A DNA stretch of 64,000 bases from Candidatus Omnitrophota bacterium (lineage in GTDB: Bacteria > Omnitrophota > Gorgyraeia > Gygaellales > Profunditerraquicolaceae): the NCBI GenBank assembly GCA_903852325.1, contig CAINQO010000035.1:34117-98116 (forward strand), written 5' to 3'. Numbering within the stretch: the first letter of the stretch is position 1; the number at the start of each line of letters is the position of its first letter. The position numbers were made by a program, and so were the translations under genes. This document shows, one piece after another, positions 9,735 to 17,992 of the stretch. The notes under the pieces were generated by a model, which had not been told where the DNA came from, searched no databases, and worked only from the letters and a program-made list of their open reading frames with translations.

Positions 9735-10450
9735 AAATAAAATTAAGGCAATCCGGCAGTTGCATTATTTTGGATTTGTGCGGGCGCATCGACGTGGATT
9801 CGGCAAACCTGGTCGAGGTGGTCGGCCAGTGCGTGCGGGACGGTTACCCGGACCTGCTCTGCAACCTGGAGGAGGTTACCGGGATAGACTATATGGGGAT
9901 ATCGGTGATCGTCATCGCTTATAAAGAAGTAGTGAACCATCACGGGAGGATGAAATTCGTCAATATCCCGGCGCAATTACGCAGCGTATTCGCGGTTTCC
10001 GGAATGGACCGGGTAGTGGAGATTTACGGCAGCGAAGAGCTGGCGCTCAACAGTTTTAAGGAGGATAAAATTATCGAGGAAATCAAGCGGATGCAGCTGC
10101 GCCGCCGGTTCAAGCGCCTGCCGATCGATTTAAAAATAGAATTAAAATCCAAAACCGACTCTTCCGCCGCATGCCAGAAAGCGGACATCCTTAATTTAAG
10201 CGCGGTGGGGGCTTTTATTTTCGGTTGCGGCAAATTCAGGCTGAAGGATGAAGTGGTCATGAAAATGAAGCTCGGGCCCAAGCAGGAGGAGCTTCAGCTT
10301 GACGGGCGGGTGGTATGGGTACCGGATAAAGAGGTGCAGATCCACGAGTATCCGGGGATTGGAGTGGAGTTTTATGATATTTCTTCGGCCAATCAACAAA
10401 GGTTGATCGAGTTTATCGACCGGAACCTTTCCTCGCTGCCTCAGGAATGA
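9728..10450 (+). CDS. STAS (anti-sigma-antagonist-like) domain fused to a PilZ c-di-GMP-binding domain
   Basis: The N-terminal ~110 aa are STAS-like. PilZ motifs RRFKR (RxxxR, nt 10103-10117) and NLSAVG ((D/N)xSxxG, nt 10193-10210) are present. Confidence 0.75.
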   Translation: MLEIKLRQSGSCIILDLCGRIDVDSANLVEVVGQCVRDGYPDLLCNLEEVTGIDYMGISVIVIAYKEVVNHHGRMKFVNIPAQLRSVFAVSGMDRVVEIYGSEELALNSFKEDKIIEEIKRMQLRRRFKRLPIDLKIELKSKTDSSAACQKADILNLSAVGAFIFGCGKFRLKDEVVMKMKLGPKQEELQLDGRVVWVPDKEVQIHEYPGIGVEFYDISSANQQRLIEFIDRNLSSLPQE

Positions 10451-10462
10451 TCCTAAAAAAAG

Positions 10463-11119
10463 ATGAAGAAATTAAAAGTAAGGCCTAAGGCGGTTATCTT
10501 TGACCTGGATGGAGTGATCGTTGATTCGATGCCGTATCACTTCATCGCCTGGTATGAAGCGCTTCGCCCCTGGGGAGTGCGCATCAGTTGTTTTGAGGTT
10601 TACGCGCAGGAGGGGGAACGCTGGCAGGAAACCCTAAAAGGCCTGCTTAAGCGTAACCGGATTAAGCCGGAGCGCAAGGTTTTAGAGGCTATTTTTGCCG
10701 CCCGGCAAAAGATCTTTAAGCGTTATTTTAAACGCTTTATCTTCCGGGGCGCCTACGAGCTGCTCCGGGACCTGAAAAAACAGGGTTTTTTATTGGGGCT
10801 GGTCACCGGCAGCCCGATGGAAGAGGTAAGGAAGATCCTGCCCGCCGGGGTGCTTAAACTTTTTGCCGCCACGGTCGCCGGAAATCAGGTCAAGAAAGGC
10901 AAGCCGCATCCGGAACCATATCTTAAAGCCGCCGCCGGCTTAGGCCTGGCGCCGCGGGACTGCCTGGTGATTGAAAATGCCCCTTTCGGCATTACCTCTG
11001 CCAGGCAGGCAGGAATGCCTTGCATTGCTGTTTCTACCAGCCTTCCCAAAGAATACCTGGCCGGAGCCGATTTTACGATCGAAAACCTGGGCCAGATCCA
11101 AGGATTGATCCCGCTTTAA
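10463..11119 (+). CDS. HAD-superfamily hydrolase (beta-phosphoglucomutase-like)
   Basis: Motif I is IFDLDGVIVDS. The later GKPHPEPY and ENAPFG motifs are also present. Confidence 0.85.
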   Translation: MKKLKVRPKAVIFDLDGVIVDSMPYHFIAWYEALRPWGVRISCFEVYAQEGERWQETLKGLLKRNRIKPERKVLEAIFAARQKIFKRYFKRFIFRGAYELLRDLKKQGFLLGLVTGSPMEEVRKILPAGVLKLFAATVAGNQVKKGKPHPEPYLKAAAGLGLAPRDCLVIENAPFGITSARQAGMPCIAVSTSLPKEYLAGADFTIENLGQIQGLIPL

Positions 11120-11223
11120 TCAAAGGATTTTTTAACTTTTGCCGTCTCTTGAAATAAATACTTCCCAGTGGTTTATTTTTACATATCTCATTGCTAATCT
11201 TAGGTTTTAGTTTTGAAAATCAT

Positions 11224-11252
11224 TTGCCTGGCGAATGGCGGTGTGGTATTAT
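11224..11252 (+). promoter_or_regulatory. sigma70-like promoter candidate for the UPF0016 gene
   Basis: TTGCCT (11224-11229), a 17-nt spacer, then TGG-TATTAT (extended -10, 11247-11252). It sits in an AT-rich intergenic region. Confidence 0.35.
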
Positions 11253-11288
11253 AGATGTTTAAATAAACCGATTTTATAGAGAGGAGCA

Positions 11289-11567
11289 ATGCCGATGGAT
11301 TGGAAAGTGTTTGCGGCTACATTTGCAGCGGTATTTTGCGCAGAATTAGCGGATAAAACTCAAATGGTCGGTATCGGCATGGCGGCTAAAACGGGGAAAC
11401 CTATTTCGGTTTGGGCCGGGTCAGTGGCCGCCTATGTTATCGTCACTGTAATTTCGGTGTTTTTAGGTTCACTGGCGGCCAGATTCATCCGGCCGGAAAT
11501 GATCCGCTATGTCGGCGCTTCATTATTCATTTTGATCGGCGCGCTTATGCTGCTTAAAATACTTTAA
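11289..11567 (+). CDS. UPF0016 / GDT1 (TMEM165) family single-domain membrane protein
   Basis: ELADKTQ signature (E-x-G-D-K-T type), 92 aa, 3 TM helices; SD is GAGAGGAG. Confidence 0.75.
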   Translation: MPMDWKVFAATFAAVFCAELADKTQMVGIGMAAKTGKPISVWAGSVAAYVIVTVISVFLGSLAARFIRPEMIRYVGASLFILIGALMLLKIL

Positions 11568-11573
11568 AAGCCT

Positions 11574-12635
11574 ATGTCCTTAGCCAGGGAGTATCTTTAT
11601 AATCTGGTTACCGGTAAGACCAAGGGTCCCGGAGCCGCATTTTTAAGAGGGATTTTATTTATTCTTTCCCTGATTTACGGTTTTATTGTCATTCTCCTTG
11701 CCGGTTTCTATAAAATAAGGCGCCGGCGCCTTCCGGCCAAGGTGGTCAGTGTCGGCAATATCACCCTGGGCGGGACAGGAAAAACTACTTTAGTCCAATA
11801 TTTATCGGTTAAATTGAGCGCCGCAGGCAATAAAGTGGCTGTCTTGACCCGGGGGTATAAACGTAACGCGCAGCTTGAGGGGACCAGGGGGATGGGGGAT
11901 GAGCCGTTAATGCTCGCGGAAAAACTTCCGCAAATTCCGGTGATCGTGAACAAGGACCGGCTAAAAGCCGCCAGGCAGGCGGTCAGGGATTATGCTTGCG
12001 ATACGCTGATCCTGGATGACGGGATGCAGCAGTGGAAACTGGATAAAGACCTGGAGATCGTGACCATCGACGCGGCAAATCCTTTCGGCAATTTACGCCT
12101 GCTTCCGGCGGGGTTTTTGCGTGAGCCGCTCTCTGCCCTTAAGCGTGCGGATATTTTTGTCATTACCCAAACTTCCTGCGTCCGGGATCCAGGCGCTTTA
12201 GCGGATAAGCTTACGCGGATCAACCCCCGGGCGCTGATCGTCGAATCCAACCACGCGCCAAAAGGGTTAAGTCCCCTGGAGGCCCCGGATAAAGAATTAG
12301 GGTTGCCGGCGCTTAAAGGTAAGACCGCGGCGGTATTTTCCGGGATCGGTAACCCGGAGGGTTTTGAAAAATGCCTGCGCGGGCTGGGCATTAAATATAT
12401 GAAAATTTACCGGTTCCCGGACCATCATGCTTATACCCAAAATGATATCCTGGAAATCCTCCAGGCAGCCCGGAAGGATAAGCTGGAGATGGTGATCACG
12501 ACGCAAAAAGACGCGGTGAAACTCCGCAAAACAGGGATCAAGGATTCCGGGATACTGGTCCTGGAGATAAAACTAGAGATCACTAAAAATGAAGCAGAAT
12601 TTGATCGTCGATTACTGCGCTTACATTCTATTTAG
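11574..12635 (+). CDS. lpxK: tetraacyldisaccharide 4'-kinase
   Basis: N-terminal TM helix plus the GNITLGGTGKTT P-loop. Confidence 0.9.
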   Translation: MSLAREYLYNLVTGKTKGPGAAFLRGILFILSLIYGFIVILLAGFYKIRRRRLPAKVVSVGNITLGGTGKTTLVQYLSVKLSAAGNKVAVLTRGYKRNAQLEGTRGMGDEPLMLAEKLPQIPVIVNKDRLKAARQAVRDYACDTLILDDGMQQWKLDKDLEIVTIDAANPFGNLRLLPAGFLREPLSALKRADIFVITQTSCVRDPGALADKLTRINPRALIVESNHAPKGLSPLEAPDKELGLPALKGKTAAVFSGIGNPEGFEKCLRGLGIKYMKIYRFPDHHAYTQNDILEILQAARKDKLEMVITTQKDAVKLRKTGIKDSGILVLEIKLEITKNEAEFDRRLLRLHSI

Positions 12636-14592
12636 GGTAGTAAGTTTTTTTACTTATTTCCTCCCCTTGAATTTCAGCCTGTTCCTGGGCCGCCGGCTGG
12701 GGGACCTGGTATTTTTTTTAGACCGCAGGCACCGGGCGGTCGCTTACGCCAATATCCGCCGCACCGTCGCGGAAAAATTGGACACCGGGGCATGCGCCAG
12801 GATCGCGCGCAAAAGCTACCAGGCGTTCGGGCAAAATTTAATCGAGATTTCTTTTATTCCGCGCATCAATAAGCGGTATTTGCAGAAATATATCCGGATT
12901 GAAGATAAGGAATACGGCTATCAGGCTTTTGACCGGGGCAAAGGGGTAATTTTTTTGATCGTCCATGAAGGGAATTGGGAGCTTTCCAATATCATCATGG
13001 CAAATTTAGATGTGGCCTTTGTGTTGTTTGTCCGGGACCAGGGGTTACCCCGGTTAAACGCCCTGCTGAATAAATACCGGCTGGCCCATGGAGCTAAGAT
13101 CATGCATAAGGACGCCAGCCTCCGGCAGCTGATCGAAGTGCTTAAGAGTAACCAGTCCGTGGGGATGACCGTGGACCAGGGGGGGAAAATCGGGGTAGGG
13201 GTAAATTTCTTCGGCAAAGATGCCTCGATGTCTACGGGAGCGGTAAAGCTGGCGCTAAAATACGATTGCGCGATCATCCCTATTTTTTATACCCGGGTGA
13301 AAGGCCCCTATTCTAAAGTAATCTTAGACCAGGTTTTTACGGCTACCCGCACCGGGGATGAAGAAAAAGACCTCCGGGATAACCTGCAAAGACTGTTTGT
13401 CATTTATGAAAAATACCTGCGTAAATATCCGCATGAATTGCTCTGGACGTATAAGATTTATAAATACAGCCGGGAGCGGGATGTGCTGATCCTTAGCGAC
13501 GGCAGGACCGGCCACCTGCGCCAATGCGAGGCAATAGCGGAGTTGACCCGCCGGCAATTGGAGGAGCGGGGGATAAAAACGCACCTGGCGGTCCGGGAGA
13601 TAAAATTCCGCTCCAAGCCGCGCGCCTTTTTATTGGGTTTATTGGCGAAGTCCACCGGTAAATATGAATGCGGGGGGATTGGGGCGCGTTATTTACGCCA
13701 TGCCTTGACCCCGGAAAGCTGGGAAAGCCTGATGGGGGTCAACCCGGAGATCGTGATTTCCGCCGGCGGCTCGGCCGCGGCGGTAAATTATCTTTTGAGC
13801 GTTGAAACCCAGTCTAAGTCCATCGTCTTGATGCGGCCGGGCTTGCTGAGTTTGAATAAATTTAACTTAGCGCTTATTCCCCGGCATGACTGGCCAGAGG
13901 GCCGTGGTTTGCCATTTTTTTGGCAAAGCCATCTGGGAGGCGGCAAGCTCCCGGCTAAAAATACCATAATCACCGAAGGGGCGCTTAATTTAATTGATTC
14001 CCGGTACCTGATCCAAAAAGCTAAAAGTTTTTCCGGATCAGGATTATTGCGGGGGCCTTTGCATGACCCCTGTATCGGGGTATTGCTCGGCGGAAACAGC
14101 AGGGATTTTTCTTTAGAGCCGCAGGCTATCCGGGAATTGGCGCAGGAGGTCAAAAAAGCCGCCCGGGAGTTAAACGCGGATATCCTGATCACCACCTCCC
14201 GGCGCACTCCGGAAACCGTAGAGTCGCTGCTCAAGGATGAATTTACCGCAGAGCCGCGCTGCAAGCTGTTGGTGATCGCCCGGGAAAACAGTAATCCGGA
14301 TGTGGTGGGAGCGATATTGGGATCAAGCCGGGTTTTGATCAGCTCTCCGGAAAGTATTTCGATGATCTCTGAATCCGTAGCCGCGGAAAAATACGTGGTC
14401 GTGTTTCAGGCGGGCAAGCTGGGCGCAAAGCACACGCGTTTCCTGAAATATTATCAGGATAAGGGTTATATTTATTTAGAACAGATCCAAGGCGTTTCCC
14501 GGAGGATCAGTCAGTTGCTCAAAGACAGGCCGGCGGTGAATTTTCCGCAGGACAATTTAAAAGTCAGCGAGGGGTTAAAGAGGATATTGTAA
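12589..14592 (+). CDS. fusion of an LpxL/LpxM-like lipid A secondary acyltransferase (N-terminal) and an ELM1/DUF1022-like domain (C-terminal)
   Basis: N-terminal ~295 aa carry VHEGNWE (HX4E acyltransferase motif). The C-terminal ~370 aa begin VLILSDGRTGHLRQCEAIAE, as in ELM1-family proteins. The start overlaps lpxK by 47 nt and is uncertain. Confidence 0.75.
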   Translation: MKQNLIVDYCAYILFRVVSFFTYFLPLNFSLFLGRRLGDLVFFLDRRHRAVAYANIRRTVAEKLDTGACARIARKSYQAFGQNLIEISFIPRINKRYLQKYIRIEDKEYGYQAFDRGKGVIFLIVHEGNWELSNIIMANLDVAFVLFVRDQGLPRLNALLNKYRLAHGAKIMHKDASLRQLIEVLKSNQSVGMTVDQGGKIGVGVNFFGKDASMSTGAVKLALKYDCAIIPIFYTRVKGPYSKVILDQVFTATRTGDEEKDLRDNLQRLFVIYEKYLRKYPHELLWTYKIYKYSRERDVLILSDGRTGHLRQCEAIAELTRRQLEERGIKTHLAVREIKFRSKPRAFLLGLLAKSTGKYECGGIGARYLRHALTPESWESLMGVNPEIVISAGGSAAAVNYLLSVETQSKSIVLMRPGLLSLNKFNLALIPRHDWPEGRGLPFFWQSHLGGGKLPAKNTIITEGALNLIDSRYLIQKAKSFSGSGLLRGPLHDPCIGVLLGGNSRDFSLEPQAIRELAQEVKKAARELNADILITTSRRTPETVESLLKDEFTAEPRCKLLVIARENSNPDVVGAILGSSRVLISSPESISMISESVAAEKYVVVFQAGKLGAKHTRFLKYYQDKGYIYLEQIQGVSRRISQLLKDRPAVNFPQDNLKVSEGLKRIL

Positions 14593-14598
14593 TTAAAA

Positions 14599-14664
14599 AG
14601 GAAGGGCGGATTGAATCCCGCCCTTCCTCAGCGATTTAAGTTAGCAAAGGAAGGGTTGGGATGA
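14599..14664 (+). promoter_or_regulatory. three-arm SD-copy / anti-SD / SD switch with short uORF upstream of the GT4-GT9 gene
   Basis: AGGAAGGGCGG (14599-14609) pairs with CCGCCCTTCCT (14618-14628). The same middle arm can instead pair with AGGAAGGGTTGGGA (14648-14661), which holds the SD and the A of ATG 14661. The uORF runs from TTG 14611 to TGA 14664. Confidence 0.55.
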
Positions 14665-16754
14665 AGATTTTACAAATTTTGCCGGAACTTAATGTCGGAG
14701 GGGTAGAGACCGGGACGGTGGACCTTTCCCGTCATCTGGTGCGCCTGGGGCATAAATCGGTGGTGGTTTCCGCCGGCGGAGCGCTGGTCAAAGAACTGGA
14801 GGAGGCGGGGGCTAAACACTATCAACTGCCGGTAAATAAAAAATCCATCATCTCCATGATCAAGCTGGTTCCGGAGTTAGCCGAAATTATCAAACGGGAA
14901 GGGATCGAGATCGTACATGCCCGCTCAAGGGCGCCGGCCTGGATCGCTTATTTTGCCTGCCGAAGGACCCAGGCGGTATTCGTTACCACTTGCCACGGTT
15001 ATTACCAGAAACATCTTTTTAGCGCGGTAATGGGCTGGGGCAAAAAAGTGATCGTTTTAAGCAACGTGATCGCCCGGCACATGATCGAGGATTTTGCCGT
15101 TCCCCATGAGCGGATCAAGCTGGTGCCGCGCAGCGTGGATCTGGAGAAATTTAAATACCGGGACCCTAAAAACAAAAGGAAAGAAGATTTTAATGTCGGT
15201 ATCATCGGCCGGATCACCCCGCTAAAAGGGCATTTGCATTTTATCAAAGCCATGGCACGCATTTCCCGCTCCGTCCCGCGCCTGAAGATCTGGATCGTCG
15301 GCGATGCTCCGGCTTCCAAGGAAGCTTATAAAGAAGAACTGCAAATTTTAGTGCGCCGCCTGGGTTTATGGCATTGCACGGAATTTCTGGGCACGCAGCG
15401 GGATATTCCGGGAATATTGGAGAACCTGGATCTGGTGGTTTTAGCCACGACTACTCAGGAGGCCTTCGGCAGGGTGGTTGTAGAGGCGCAGGCCTGCGGG
15501 GTACCGGTGGTGGCGACCAGGGTCGGAGGGGTGATCGATATTATCGAGGACGGCAAGAACGGGCTCCTGGTCCCTCCGGCGGATTCCAAAAGCATGTCGG
15601 AGGCGGTGATGCGTATTTTTAAGGACGCGGAATTCGCCCGCATCCTGGCGGAAAATGCCTACGCTAAGGTCAAAGAAAAATATAATGTGGAATTGATGGT
15701 CAAAAATACTTTAGAGGTTTACCGGGAGGCGCTGAATAATTTTAAGATCCTGGTGATCAAGCTCAGTTCTTTAGGGGACGTGATCCTTTCTACGGCGGCC
15801 TTAAGGGCGATCCGGGAAAAATTTCCCCAAAGTAAATACAAGATAAGTTTTCTGGTCGGGGAAGAATCCAAGGACCTGCTTTTGCGCTGCCCGTATATCG
15901 ACGAACTTCTGGTTTGCGACTTAAAAAATAAGGACCGCGGCCCCTTCGGTTTGCTGAGGATGGGTCAGCTTTTACGGAAGAAAAATTTCGACTCGGTGAT
16001 CGATCTGCAAAATAGCCGTTCCAGCCACCTGCTGGCTTATCTGAGCGGTTGCGTCCACCGCTACGGATATGACAATAAAAAGTTTTCCTTTTTGCTCAAC
16101 TACCGGATCCAGGATCAAAAAACCCCGCTGGACCCGGTAACCCACCAGTTCAGGATCCTTAAGCTGCTGGGGATCGACCTGTTGAATAATGCCCTTGAGC
16201 TTTGGCCTTCCGCGGAAGACCGGGAGAAGGTGGAGGAACTTTTTAATTCCCAATGGTTGAGCCAGGTGCAGAAAGTGGTGGGGATCAATATCAGCGCTTC
16301 CTCCAGATGGGAGACAAAACTCTGGCCGCTGGAATACGTGATCACCCTGTGTGAAGAACTGGAAGCCAGGGATATCCGGGTGGTCATTACCGGTAAGCAA
16401 GAGGATCAGCCGCGCGCCAACATGCTCGTCGATTCGCTTAAGAACACCAAGGTGATCAATGCCTGCGGCAAGACCAATATCAACGAATTGGCGGTGTTGA
16501 TCAAAAAATGCAATGTGTTCATCTCCGCCGATTCTTCTCCTTTGCATATCGCTTCCGCGGTGGGCACTCCTTTTGTCGCTTTGTTCGGCCCGACGGATCC
16601 TTTGCGGCACCTTCCCCCCGGGGCTAATTACGCGGTGATCGATAAGAAATTGAATTGCAGCCCTTGTTATAAAAATAGATGCCGCAGTAAGCGCTGCATG
16701 ATCGAGATCGATCCGGCGCAGGTTTTTGAAGCGGTAATGAAGTTATTGAAATAA
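14661..16754 (+). CDS. fusion glycosyltransferase: GT4 (N-terminal) plus GT9 heptosyltransferase-like (C-terminal)
   Basis: The N-terminal half has a GT4 E(x7)E-type region (EAFGRVVVEAQACGVPVV). The C-terminal half starts FKILVIKLSSLGDVILS and ends with GPTDP...CSPC, typical of GT9. Confidence 0.8.
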   Translation: MKILQILPELNVGGVETGTVDLSRHLVRLGHKSVVVSAGGALVKELEEAGAKHYQLPVNKKSIISMIKLVPELAEIIKREGIEIVHARSRAPAWIAYFACRRTQAVFVTTCHGYYQKHLFSAVMGWGKKVIVLSNVIARHMIEDFAVPHERIKLVPRSVDLEKFKYRDPKNKRKEDFNVGIIGRITPLKGHLHFIKAMARISRSVPRLKIWIVGDAPASKEAYKEELQILVRRLGLWHCTEFLGTQRDIPGILENLDLVVLATTTQEAFGRVVVEAQACGVPVVATRVGGVIDIIEDGKNGLLVPPADSKSMSEAVMRIFKDAEFARILAENAYAKVKEKYNVELMVKNTLEVYREALNNFKILVIKLSSLGDVILSTAALRAIREKFPQSKYKISFLVGEESKDLLLRCPYIDELLVCDLKNKDRGPFGLLRMGQLLRKKNFDSVIDLQNSRSSHLLAYLSGCVHRYGYDNKKFSFLLNYRIQDQKTPLDPVTHQFRILKLLGIDLLNNALELWPSAEDREKVEELFNSQWLSQVQKVVGINISASSRWETKLWPLEYVITLCEELEARDIRVVITGKQEDQPRANMLVDSLKNTKVINACGKTNINELAVLIKKCNVFISADSSPLHIASAVGTPFVALFGPTDPLRHLPPGANYAVIDKKLNCSPCYKNRCRSKRCMIEIDPAQVFEAVMKLLK

Positions 16755-16806
16755 GCAATATACCTGGCGCTTAGTGGTATTGCGCCAGTACGCGCCACGT
16801 GGCGCG

Positions 16807-16894
16807 AGGGGCGGGATGACCCCGCACCATCTTCTAATTCACGCTTTAAGTCCTAAGGTTTAATAACAATTAACTATAAGGATGGTGCGGGGTG
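16807..16894 (+). promoter_or_regulatory. anti-SD/SD hairpin module upstream of the GT4 gene (degenerate uORF)
   Basis: CCCCGCACCATCTT (16820-16833) pairs with AAGGATGGTGCGGGG (16879-16892) over 14 bp including one G-U. The GTG start is at 16892. Confidence 0.55.
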
Positions 16895-17992
16895 CGGATT
16901 TTATTTTTAGCCAATCATCTTAATGTCGGGGGGATCTCCAGTTACTTGCTGACCTTGGGTAGCGGATTGAAAGAAAAAGGGCATGAGGTTTATTTGGCCT
17001 CCGGGGGCGGTGAATTAGAGGAAAAATTCCGGCAGGCCGGAATAATCCTGATCAATGTCCCCTTGAAAACAAAAAGCGAGATCAGTCCGAAGATCCTGAT
17101 CAGTTACTGGAAATTAAAAAAGGCCGCTGCCGGTTTGCGGATCGAGCTTATTCATTCGCACAGCCGGACCACCCAGGTTTTGGGATGCTGGCTGGGCCGC
17201 TCCCTGGGCAGGCCGCATATTTTTACCTGCCACGGTTTCTTTAAACCGAAACTGCCGCGCAAGGTTTTCGGCTGCTGGGGCCAAAGGGTAATTGCTATCA
17301 GCTCCCAGGTCAAAGAGCACTTGACCGCGGATTTTAAATTCAGCGAAAATAAGATTAGCGTGATCCATAACGGCATCGACACGCAAAAATTCGGGGATTT
17401 TTCGGGAAGGGACCGCTTGCGCAGCAGTTTAGGGGTCGCCCCGGATGGTTTTTTGATCGGGATCATCGCCCGCCTCTCCGATGTGAAGGGGCATCTTTAC
17501 CTTATCCGGGCGATGCCGGAGATTTTAAAAAAATTCCCCGGGACCAAATTAGCGATAATCGGTCAGGGTAAGACCGAAGGCTCTTTGGTCAAAGAAACAG
17601 GGAATTTAGGGTTAGAGGGCAATATTTTATTTGTCCCGGAAGCAAAAGATACCCGGGAATGGCTTTGCGCCATGGATGTTTTTGCCATGCCTTCGCTGCA
17701 GGAAGGCTTGGGGCTGGCTTTGATGGAAGCGATGGCTCAGGGTTTAGCCGTGGCCGGATCGGCGGTAGGGGGGATCAAAACCCTGGTCCAGGATAAAATT
17801 ACCGGACTGCTGGTCCCGGCGCGGGATGCGGGGGCGCTGGCGCAGGCGATCATCTCTTTGCTTGGGGATCCGGATTTACGCCGTAATTTAGGGGATCAGG
17901 CGCGCGAATTTATCGCCGCTAATTTTTCTAAAAAAGAAATGGTGGAAAAGACCGAAGGCCTTTACCGGCAGGTTTTAAATCCCAATGAGTGA
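16892..17992 (+). CDS. GT4 family glycosyltransferase
   Basis: MRILFLANHLNVGGISSY start and a C-terminal EGLGLALMEAMAQGLAV motif. Confidence 0.85.
   Translation: MRILFLANHLNVGGISSYLLTLGSGLKEKGHEVYLASGGGELEEKFRQAGIILINVPLKTKSEISPKILISYWKLKKAAAGLRIELIHSHSRTTQVLGCWLGRSLGRPHIFTCHGFFKPKLPRKVFGCWGQRVIAISSQVKEHLTADFKFSENKISVIHNGIDTQKFGDFSGRDRLRSSLGVAPDGFLIGIIARLSDVKGHLYLIRAMPEILKKFPGTKLAIIGQGKTEGSLVKETGNLGLEGNILFVPEAKDTREWLCAMDVFAMPSLQEGLGLALMEAMAQGLAVAGSAVGGIKTLVQDKITGLLVPARDAGALAQAIISLLGDPDLRRNLGDQAREFIAANFSKKEMVEKTEGLYRQVLNPNE

Noticed and set aside
11120-11288. A possible yybP-ykoY (manganese) riboswitch upstream of the UPF0016/GDT1-family gene.
   Set aside because: The conserved GGGGAGUAG and UUGACAUA/AGACC elements are absent. 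The spacer is AT-rich and is better explained by a promoter (TTGCCT-17-TGGTATTAT) with a short leader.
15972-16610. A 212-aa minus-strand ORF, standing for many similar 60-200-aa minus ORFs (for example 25139-25735, 42777-43286, 22893-23366, 4590-5066).
   Set aside because: Each is fully nested antisense within a + strand gene that has clear family motifs. None has independent support.
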